Source: Candidatus Omnitrophota bacterium (GTDB lineage Bacteria; Omnitrophota; Gorgyraeia; S143-82). From it: a stretch of 64,000 nt of DNA. Shown in pieces: positions 8,001 through 14,778 of the stretch. Each line of letters begins with the position of its first letter. Positions within the stretch are counted from its first letter, which is position 1. The position numbers were made by a program, and so were the translations under genes. The notes under the pieces were generated by a model, which worked only from the letters and a program-made list of their open reading frames with translations, was not told the DNA's origin and searched no databases. Location of the stretch: the NCBI GenBank assembly GCA_015494465.1, contig WGBD01000006.1, positions 10,431 through 74,430 of the forward strand. Direction: 5' to 3'.

Positions 8001-10983
8001 TGAAGGAGCGGAGCACATCCACCCTCCCGATCTCTAGGAGGGTCGCACTCCAGGCCCGGACGATCAACTCCTTACTGCCCTCCAGTGCACCGATTTCGTC
8101 TTCCCCCGCTGACCCTAAGGCCTCTGCTATCACCTTCTCATTTATAGCCCGACTCTTGACAAGATAGACCAAAAACTGGATCAAAGACTCTATGCCCCCT
8201 TCCCGTGCCACCCCCAGAAACACCCGAGCCACCGCGCTGGAATCCTCTTTCAGACTGACGGTGAAGGTCTGAGCGACCCCGGGATTATTGGAACTTATCA
8301 GGGCCCGAGAAAGCTCAAAAGAAAATTCGTCTATCTTAGAAGGGCTTGCTTCTCCCCCTCTCTCCCTGGCTAGGTCCATCCAAAACTTCACTATCCCCGT
8401 CGATAACCTGATCAACCTCTGTTTAGAGGCCGACTTTTTCGCAAAGGCCTTCACCCATTCGTCGCGAACAGTCTCAGGGCGAGATGCGAACACCATCGTC
8501 AACCACTCAGTTGCAGTAGGGAGGTCCTCTTTGAGAAGTCCGGGAAAGTCCTTCACCCGGTCCAATATCTCTCCCGCTACCTCGCTCTTCAACAAATCGT
8601 CGACTCCGACAGCCTTTTCCATCCCAAAGAAAGCTTTCGCGATTTCCTGAAATACTCCTTCGTAGGTATTACTGTAACGGATCCTTTCGTCCAACAACAA
8701 ATCAATGGCGTTCGAGAAGGCACTTATCCGGTGCTTCCACTTATCCAGATCCTTTGCGGTGGCGTTATAGCTGACCAGGAACCTGGCCAGATTACTCACC
8801 AGCAGATCTAAGGTCTCCCCCTCCACTTGGGCCCCTAACAAGACCATCATCGCGCTGGCGAATCTAATCCCCTCGAGCTTCTTGTCATCCGATGTCATCT
8901 CCTCCAAGTTAAATCTCCCAAAAGACCTCACCAGCGCACTATACACTGGGACATAGGCAGGTTCCCAGATCACCTCTCCTCTGGGGAAGAAGGGTTGAGC
9001 AACCCTGGTAACCCACAAATAGAACAATTCCGCATCCTTGCAGTCAGATATTGGTGCGGAATCGATCCAATCGGCCAATTTTTCAGGAGAAAGTCTGTCA
9101 ATCGTCTTCTGCCAACGGGGCGTATCCGCCAACAGCTCCTTCAACTCTTCAGCCGACTTCGGGGCTGCCAACTCGACCGTTTTTCCTTTGGACCCAGGGC
9201 GTTTGCCTTTCTTTTTCTTAACCGACAGCCCTAAAAGTGGTAAGAATCCAAGGGAGGGGAACAAGGCAGATCCCAAAACCGCGACCAAAAACAAGACCAC
9301 CCCGTCGCGGTTATCCTTTAGTAATCGAACTGCCCTGAGGAGCACCGTTCGGAGCCTATCGCTCCACTTCCCCGTAACTGGGCCCGCCTTCAGAGGGGTC
9401 TTCCAGGTGATAATCGTGCCCGTCCTCCTTGCCACCTCTCTCAACAACGGCCGAAGCGAGGGCTCTTGCTTCCAGGCCTCAAAAAAGGCATTTACCACCG
9501 AATAGGAGTGCTTCCCTCCCTCTAGACCCAACAGGTCTCTCAACTCTCTCAAGGTCGAGACGAACAGATCTACGGTCTGGTCTTCAGATAAGTAAAGACC
9601 GTCCCCAACTTGGGGGGTGGCGACCATCTCCAGCTCCGCGGTAGGAGCGGTTGGATCGATCTTCCTGACCACTATCAAGGATAACGGCAGGCACCCCGCC
9701 TTGACGGGGAGATTGGCACCGTTCTCAATCCAGGCCCGGGTAAAGATCTCCCCCACCTGTCCGCATAGGCCAATGCGATATTTCTCGTCGAACTCGCTAG
9801 CAATGGCCCCTTTAAAGAGGGGCAAGGGCAGACCTGTCTTCTCCTCGACGGACGAGACCCGCCCTTTGCTTCCGTAGGCTATAACCGTCTTGTCTGCGAG
9901 GTAGTCGTAGAGAATCGCGAGCCATTGGCCTCTTCCAAGCCCGATCACATCCACCAGCTCTAACCTGACATCCTCGGGATACCTCATCCCCAGTTCCCTC
10001 TCCAAGGCCTCTAATACCTCTTTTGAGACCTCCTCTTTGGCAAAACGGATGTCCTGATACCCTACCGGAACGGGAGCCAAACGCAAAAACCCTTGATCGT
10101 CTACCTCCTTGCGCCTCAACCAGGAAAATACCGACTTCATCTTTATCCCACCCAGGGCCCTGACCAACTTCTTCCCCCGAAAGGAGAAGGAGACGGGAGA
10201 GAAGAATCTGTCCAGATAGGCGCGTTTCCACTCGTAAGGGTCGTCGCTAGGATCGTCGTCGTACAACCAGCTACCCAGCACCTCTACACCCCGCAAGGGA
10301 GCCCTCTTGGAGTCCAAAGTCTTCTTCCCCCTCCGAGAGAGCCTCCGCTTGAGGTGATTTGCCAACAGGTACACCGCAAAGGCCTCCCTCAACCTCCTGT
10401 AGGCGGGATCGCTGGATATCTTCTCCTCCAGATCCCTGGCAACCTGAGAGTAGAGGTCTGCGCACTCCCGGGAACCGCCCTTGAACTTGACCTTCAGCTT
10501 CACCTGGGAGACGAAGAACCTGTCTTCCTTTCCCTCCAGATAACCACGAGCCGGCTCCACCCAAAAGAAGGGGAAGTCAACCAATCCCTCCACATCTCCC
10601 GCAACCAGTCTGCGCAGGAGGATCGTCTCGAGGTCCTCCTTAAACTGGTAATCCATCGCCAAGAGCAGCCTCCCCACAGGGTTGTGCAGGAGTTCAGGGG
10701 GAAGCGGAGGATAGCCCGGAGACAGGTTCACCCACAGGATCTCCGGTGGTATCCTGAGGAAGGTCTCAAACAACCTCTCCACCTCTGATCTGGATAGAGA
10801 TAACCCCTCCTTGGGATACAGGATCCGATAGGTCCCCTTTCCTACCTCCAGCCCCAAGGGCACGGAGAAGGAAGGGCTACCCCCCCAACCTGCCCAGGCG
10901 TAGCCCGGGAATAGGGTGGTCGTCCCAAATATAAAGGCCAGGAGGCAAGCCTTTACTCTCGTCCAAAAAGGATCAGACATCAT
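2068..10983 (-). CDS. Giant (2971 aa) secreted/membrane protein of unknown function, Omnitrophota giant-protein-like N-terminus
   Basis: Uninterrupted 8.9-kb ORF; SD AGGAGG; signal peptide ending AWA; WVNLSP..GRLLLAMDY..FWVEP..YRRLRE..GGI motifs; hydrophobic segments at about aa 560-590 and 2685-2725. Confidence 0.9.
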   Translation of the reverse strand: MMSDPFWTRVKACLLAFIFGTTTLFPGYAWAGWGGSPSFSVPLGLEVGKGTYRILYPKEGLSLSRSEVERLFETFLRIPPEILWVNLSPGYPPLPPELLHNPVGRLLLAMDYQFKEDLETILLRRLVAGDVEGLVDFPFFWVEPARGYLEGKEDRFFVSQVKLKVKFKGGSRECADLYSQVARDLEEKISSDPAYRRLREAFAVYLLANHLKRRLSRRGKKTLDSKRAPLRGVEVLGSWLYDDDPSDDPYEWKRAYLDRFFSPVSFSFRGKKLVRALGGIKMKSVFSWLRRKEVDDQGFLRLAPVPVGYQDIRFAKEEVSKEVLEALERELGMRYPEDVRLELVDVIGLGRGQWLAILYDYLADKTVIAYGSKGRVSSVEEKTGLPLPLFKGAIASEFDEKYRIGLCGQVGEIFTRAWIENGANLPVKAGCLPLSLIVVRKIDPTAPTAELEMVATPQVGDGLYLSEDQTVDLFVSTLRELRDLLGLEGGKHSYSVVNAFFEAWKQEPSLRPLLREVARRTGTIITWKTPLKAGPVTGKWSDRLRTVLLRAVRLLKDNRDGVVLFLVAVLGSALFPSLGFLPLLGLSVKKKKGKRPGSKGKTVELAAPKSAEELKELLADTPRWQKTIDRLSPEKLADWIDSAPISDCKDAELFYLWVTRVAQPFFPRGEVIWEPAYVPVYSALVRSFGRFNLEEMTSDDKKLEGIRFASAMMVLLGAQVEGETLDLLVSNLARFLVSYNATAKDLDKWKHRISAFSNAIDLLLDERIRYSNTYEGVFQEIAKAFFGMEKAVGVDDLLKSEVAGEILDRVKDFPGLLKEDLPTATEWLTMVFASRPETVRDEWVKAFAKKSASKQRLIRLSTGIVKFWMDLARERGGEASPSKIDEFSFELSRALISSNNPGVAQTFTVSLKEDSSAVARVFLGVAREGGIESLIQFLVYLVKSRAINEKVIAEALGSAGEDEIGALEGSKELIVRAWSATLLEIGRVDVLRSFSEPYWQTDPFVCALRFAGLLGEGRFAELNRDLSSLSPDQTNWLIGQIKRLLSHPDYRKYRMLFSCALVLLQGENWVSALKDRLESVDGIAPEEEVFLADLLEAVVYRLDRSGPSEPKGLSEIVDSLKRLSGGFSFTYPGVVEPLLILLWWLDRPEDVKAVIEKTLSSKSAQGIPRSARKSLEGIRSLLKGKMPAILDRKAFSGGVLPSLMLVVALERFDRWDKNEEVKSLGRYADYLLASDLRIFHLYGRAFKAFASAVLASRGLEETEDMEERLDSLAYDLSGPLDLPEEDLPWFVVKGELAPILKGIEDRSAWSRMMVLSYLSFVVGELAVNNKEEFWDGLRTVLSRSLGENLIPAIGLTAIDALEEPTDEVLSRGIIDSKEVKGWLVESLVRYAKTFSFTKPKQWKKRKGELKWLEDSLKRMVEFSRGKASLVSSLLEEVRSRLEAEKVDIAEVPLAGELKDLIASKEGEEEKAREAYGPLIEALNEIAERVAEYTGSMDPDLKIFQDFQQLYLAKAVKHLPSFKEDWLEAWRKTNPLGSSYIVVRFYSGKELIKELNIPNTFPLEVFRHYEVDWGRGNIVDRVELRYHQIKGLPLKASMDLRWLRDFLNNLDQYLSLWGPNLKSPPEVVLPPILAKYLGRPRQRAPDKRGGKHFELHFSKPVNRLPDNFKATRSLLTSLYLELHGDRSVVATDSLLKVADLLKGHEKVIWEGIEKRKPFLNKLKKLGLELGNETKIAVVGAQIGGRYVPVIVWLEPHPLGGQWVPRMVIYGARVEIFDEFGIAKQLLDKVLKVSLVAVPVSKALHVRKTVSWIGLKGGSGKPIVDSIDPIFKITRNWELDYMRKAMYCIAFPEDEKRDYRYYLVLAGLSKSFCLCKVPNGKEDMTFLDMLSYIEKSIPYDGSWWREIKKISFANAAGGKKMLLASSLVEKFFRDYPIDCEWVMLRMPKWTSLSGLWAQPKRVDINKYIVVSRVLELEKEKTIIIDFYEQITPVVGSMILKRGVDLLRDEQRLSYAFSLDFVFSENGMRARLYRKDKDGMSISSFLGWEEVNKFVFGQSGKRELVLSPAKLFPDYVKPVQSGKFVKTRHPVFVGHQSAFSLDFGGYKCGFAKSVYWEGSPLYELLKNGSYTMKGVLEENAGPDIKFTFYLKRENWINWEEVFVILVDKAKNRFRVLSKHPNLDIIYTPGQWRELGESTFMWFKGEDKDKVKIVEYDSWRKTHYQVSMARVEINVRRVLPWWIKKEAIFKVEKKSENKRVIKLIKRQGKLNLILGKVTVESFPDLGKRVVFDSEGNKICEFSMKRKQYHIRIEDLFPRVNDAFPVFVGLPSSREIIERANHIKPSNRLRGIGSLSIGSQSILHITVSSKSKESMGGELARVFDMGAFVFFYPNGGIITFAVPAIDLEMPVARIVKKWKHTSISFLWHLPPKNYNPLRKLSSYKVGPKHHGPPAIVISLYSLLPLAPRDPEKSQEWAQMYLERLRKARDFTKQELEGFYSGILKFFSIYYTGSGMVPVESWPILFRAKMIPGWKASYNFTLLPHYSGIAEFFEDEARVLAYRKFLRDVIVINPRVFSRMIRAGVQPDRFNNLAHYARWRTALCVLSMLTGDEKVNDVLIEYYLNHMQDFEHDARLLWEFEERFVGKGMRPDERELVKNAAEDLSKFYRTLDTRLIRMRLEEGAGTKLNSFALFLLPLTLNGIKYSLLQASLFSITPLFFPAVIGLTGWYIWKRLSRRPRRVLTSNGEGILFKIGSTVSKLYPKYRSQIYRILRSNDSLQRKAENLVLHIISHMGPYGECLRLEALSSLSSRLSPRFLYDLANTRIEDTYYDPFKVLDLLAREGVLGFVSAWSGVPLSYQLLSEKVSRAPGLGSKVLFNLLSFNPERWDRLGIGSRYPFVKEYLSQILKRKGRNLVRKVDYAVNFLWELRYLFTGEERSAMFSVVESWRTRFYPVNRLLQPGKRTRLPVKGGVVFYE

Positions 10984-10989
10984 CTAACC

Positions 10990-11042
10990 GTAGCCCTCCT
11001 ACCTATACTAAACATTTTAATAATCCCTTAAAAAGTATTATA
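10990..11042 (-). promoter_or_regulatory. AT-rich promoter/RBS region of the giant gene
   Basis: TATAAT at 11042-11037 directly after the rsmD stop; AGGAGG near 10995-11001. Confidence 0.5.
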
Positions 11043-11636
11043 TTACGAGGCCTTTCGTATGCCAACCTCAAACTCGCTCACGCAGGTATCCCCGTACTCT
11101 CGCCTCCTAACAAGCCTAAGGCAATAGGTCTCGTTCAGGCGCATACGGCAATAGTGTTCCAGAAATACCCGCGCCTCGGGCTTGAGTATACCGTATTCAC
11201 AGATGGCCTTTAGGGTGCTCCGTTCCCACCTGCCGTGGTAGGGGGGGTCTATGTAAACCACATCCACCTCTATCTCCTTGGAGGCCAAGAACTTAATAGA
11301 CCTCTTAATCCCCCAAGGCAGGATTATACAGCCCTTCTCCGGAAGGACTGAAGGGGCCACCACATAGGGTTGCCCCACCAACGAGAGATTTTTCTCTATG
11401 AGTTTGACGACCTCCGGATCCTTCTCGACGAATATCACCCGATCCATCCCCCGGGAGAGGGCCTCTATTCCCACCGCCCCGGATCCGGCAAAGAGGTCAA
11501 GGAAGGTTCCGCCTGAGAAAAACTCCCCCAATACGGTGAACAAGGCCTTACGGACCTTGGTACTGGTAGGGCGTATCTTGGCTATAAATCTGAGCTTTTT
11601 CCCCCGGTACCTGCCACCTACAAGGGTAAGGTGCAT
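11043..11636 (-). CDS. rsmD: 16S rRNA (guanine966-N2)-methyltransferase
   Basis: GGRYRG..RPT, LDLFAGSGAVGIEALSRG, IDPPY, YGDT motifs. Confidence 0.93.
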   Translation of the reverse strand: MHLTLVGGRYRGKKLRFIAKIRPTSTKVRKALFTVLGEFFSGGTFLDLFAGSGAVGIEALSRGMDRVIFVEKDPEVVKLIEKNLSLVGQPYVVAPSVLPEKGCIILPWGIKRSIKFLASKEIEVDVVYIDPPYHGRWERSTLKAICEYGILKPEARVFLEHYCRMRLNETYCLRLVRRREYGDTCVSEFEVGIRKAS

Positions 11637-11642
11637 CTTGTA

Positions 11643-12044
11643 TTAAAACAGCCTCTTTGCCCTGCCGTTGAGTTCACTCTGACGGGCGGACTCGCACTTC
11701 ACGCAAAGGGTAGCGGAGGGCATTATCTTGAGCCTGCCCTTTGGGATGGGCTCCCCACAGCCCTCGCACAGGCCGTAGACACCGCGCTCTATCTTTTCCA
11801 AGGCGTACCTCAAGGCGGACAACTGCTCGTACTCCTTGGAAAGGATACCGGCGGAGAATTCCTTGTCGTATATCTCTCCGGACACATCAGCCATGTGCAT
11901 GCTGTAAACGGATGTCCTTTCCCCTCCTAAGGTCTCCCCGGAGATGCGCTTTATCTCTTCTTCCAGGCGCTCTATCTCCTTCAGAATTATCGGCTTAAAT
12001 ATCTTCTTCATCTCCGTCTTGGTAAGAGGCTTAGCCTTAGCCAT
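11643..12044 (-). CDS. TraR/DksA C4 zinc-finger family protein
   Basis: Coiled coil with HMAD tip; YGLCEGCGEPIPKGRL..P.A.LCVKC. Confidence 0.88.
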   Translation of the reverse strand: MAKAKPLTKTEMKKIFKPIILKEIERLEEEIKRISGETLGGERTSVYSMHMADVSGEIYDKEFSAGILSKEYEQLSALRYALEKIERGVYGLCEGCGEPIPKGRLKIMPSATLCVKCESARQSELNGRAKRLF

Positions 12045-14778
12045 CTGCCCGTACCTCCCTATTTTCCAACTGCCTGACCACCTCCGTACAGCGAGGACAT
12101 AACTCCGGCCATTGCTTATCCATTCCCACCTCGGTTGACCAGTTCCAACAGCGCAGGCACTTCTTACCGCTGGCCCTCTCCACCCTGACCATCCGCTCCT
12201 GTCCCTTCTCCAGTTCCACTCCGGACACTATAAAGACATACTTCAGGAAATCTGCGTGCCTCTGTATCAGCCTGTAATCCTCATCTGGCAAGTATAATAC
12301 AATACTGGCCTCAAGTGAACTGCCGATCAAATCTTTTTCCCGGGCCTCCTCCAAGGCCTTAAGGACCATGTCGCGAATCTCCATTATCAGATCCCACTCC
12401 CGGCGCTCCTCAGGGGACATCTGAGGAAGAGACTCTGGCCAATACTCCAGGTGCACCGATTCCCCTCCCACCAGATGCTCCCAAACCTCGTCCGCGGTGA
12501 ACACCAATACCGGCGAGACTATCTTGGCAAGGGCAACCCCTATCTCGTACAGACTGCTCTGGGCGGACCGGCGCTCCAAGGAGTCGGGTGCGCTAACATA
12601 CAACCTGTCTTTGAGGACATCCAGATAAAACGAACTCATGTCTATGTTGCAGAAGTGGTATATCTGCTGAAACACCTTGGGGAAGTCGTAACTGCCGTAG
12701 GCCCGGTCCACTAACTCCACCAAAGTAGCGAGACGATCCACTGCCCACCGGTCAATGGAAAGGCGAGAAGAGAACGGGATCGCGTTTTCCTGGGGATTGA
12801 AGTCGTAAAGATTGGCAAGGATGTAGCGAAATGTATTCCTGATCTTGCGATAGGCATCTGCCATCTGCTTGAGTATGTCTTCAGAGAGCCTTACATCTGC
12901 CTGATAATCCGAGGACAGGACCCACAACCTCAGGATGTCCGCACCGTAATTCTTCAGGACATCCTGGGGGGATATCACATTGCCCAGGGACTTGGACATC
13001 TTCCTCCCCTGTCCGTCCACGACGAAGCCGTGGGTAAGGACCGCCTTGTAAGGAGCAATACCCCGAACCGCAGTGGAAGGTATGAGGGAGGATTGGAACC
13101 AACCACGGTGCTGATCGCTCCCTTCCAGATACAGATCCGCGGGGAAACTCAACTCGTTGTCCGCCTCCAGGACCGCAGAGAAACTACCCCCTGACTCAAA
13201 CCACACATCGATGATGTCCTCCCCTGGGGAGAAGTCATTGACCCCGCACTTTGCACACTCCTTACCTTCCACCAATCCACCGACTTCCTCGCTGAACCAG
13301 ACATCCGAGCCCTTCTCCGCTACCAGTCTGGCAAGGTTCAGTATCACATCCACATCCAACAACGGCTCACCGCAGGCCCTGCAGTAGAATACCGGGATGG
13401 GCAGGCCCCAATAGCGCTGGCGGGACAGACACCAATCAGGACGGTCTTTTACCATCGCCTTTATCCTCTCCCGACCTGAGGCAGGTATCCACTTCACCGA
13501 ATCTATGGTCCGCAGGAGTTCTTCCCGCAGGCCCTTGTGGTCCACCGACAGGAACCACTGATAGGTTGCCCGGAAGATTATCGGCTTCTTACACCGCCAG
13601 CAATGAGGATAGGAGTGGATTAATTTGGAAGAGTAAAGGAGTCGACCCAACTCCGACAGCCTCTGCAATATCAACTCGTTGGCCTGCTGTATGTCCTTGC
13701 CTTCCAGTTCCGGAAAATCAGGGGTATTGAAGAACCTACCTTTCTCGTCCACCTGCATTATCAGGTCCAGACCGCACCTCACCCCCAGTTGGAAGTCCTC
13801 GTGCCCGTGCCCCGGGGCTATGTGCACGAATCCGCTTCCCTCCTCAGCGGAAACGAAGTCCGCCAAGACCACCTTGGATACGCGCGAGAGAAACGGATGC
13901 CTGTACTTCTTACCTTCCAGATCCCTACCCCGCCTGCGACTTTTGACCTTCAGATCCCGCCCCAACAACTCCTTCACAGCAGGCAGACGGCTCTCAGCGA
14001 GGTAAAGTGCCTTATCCCCGTCCTCTACCAGGATGTAATCCAGATCCGGATGGACTGCAACTGCGGTATTTGCGTAAAGCGTCCAAGGGGTGGTCGTCCA
14101 TATCAGGAGGTAAACACCCTCCTGACCCTCCAGAGGGAACAGGACATAGATGGAGGGTGATTCCTTATCGTAGTATTCAACCTCCGCCTCCGCCAAGGCG
14201 GTCTCGCAACTCGCACACCAGTGCACCGGCTTGCGCCCACGATAGATGTAGCCCTCCTTGACCAGCATAGCGAACAATTCGTACAACCGGGACTCGTACT
14301 TAGGAGATAATGTCAGGTACGGCCTCTCCCACCTGCCCAACACCCCCAAGCGCTTGAACTCTGCCCTCTGGATGTCCACGAATTTAAGGGCGTACTCGTG
14401 GGCCATCCTGCGAAACTCCAGTTTGTCCACCTCGTGCTTGGTCTTGCCCAACTCCTTGAACAGCTGGTGCTCCACGGGAAGCCCGTGACAGTCCCAACCC
14501 GGCACATAGGGACAGTCAAAGCCCTTCAGAGTGTGGTATCTGATAACTATGTCCTTCAGTATCTTGTTCAGGGCGTGGCCCATGTGGATGTGTCCGTTGG
14601 CATAAGGCGGACCGTCGTGGAGGACGAACTTCTCTGCCCCACTGCGGGCCTCTCTTATCCTCCCGTAAAGGCCCATATCCTCCCACTTTCTGAGGCGTTC
14701 GGGTTCCCTCTTGGGCAGGTTCGCCCGCATAGGGAAGTCCGTCCGGGGGAGATTTAGGGTGTCCCTGTAATCGCCCAT
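12037..14778 (-). CDS. ileS: Isoleucine-tRNA ligase (type 1)
   Basis: HDGPPYANGHIHMGH, GWDCHGLP, WTTTPWT, KMSKS, C-terminal CxRC..CxRC zinc finger. Confidence 0.98.
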   Translation of the reverse strand: MGDYRDTLNLPRTDFPMRANLPKREPERLRKWEDMGLYGRIREARSGAEKFVLHDGPPYANGHIHMGHALNKILKDIVIRYHTLKGFDCPYVPGWDCHGLPVEHQLFKELGKTKHEVDKLEFRRMAHEYALKFVDIQRAEFKRLGVLGRWERPYLTLSPKYESRLYELFAMLVKEGYIYRGRKPVHWCASCETALAEAEVEYYDKESPSIYVLFPLEGQEGVYLLIWTTTPWTLYANTAVAVHPDLDYILVEDGDKALYLAESRLPAVKELLGRDLKVKSRRRGRDLEGKKYRHPFLSRVSKVVLADFVSAEEGSGFVHIAPGHGHEDFQLGVRCGLDLIMQVDEKGRFFNTPDFPELEGKDIQQANELILQRLSELGRLLYSSKLIHSYPHCWRCKKPIIFRATYQWFLSVDHKGLREELLRTIDSVKWIPASGRERIKAMVKDRPDWCLSRQRYWGLPIPVFYCRACGEPLLDVDVILNLARLVAEKGSDVWFSEEVGGLVEGKECAKCGVNDFSPGEDIIDVWFESGGSFSAVLEADNELSFPADLYLEGSDQHRGWFQSSLIPSTAVRGIAPYKAVLTHGFVVDGQGRKMSKSLGNVISPQDVLKNYGADILRLWVLSSDYQADVRLSEDILKQMADAYRKIRNTFRYILANLYDFNPQENAIPFSSRLSIDRWAVDRLATLVELVDRAYGSYDFPKVFQQIYHFCNIDMSSFYLDVLKDRLYVSAPDSLERRSAQSSLYEIGVALAKIVSPVLVFTADEVWEHLVGGESVHLEYWPESLPQMSPEERREWDLIMEIRDMVLKALEEAREKDLIGSSLEASIVLYLPDEDYRLIQRHADFLKYVFIVSGVELEKGQERMVRVERASGKKCLRCWNWSTEVGMDKQWPELCPRCTEVVRQLENREVRADG

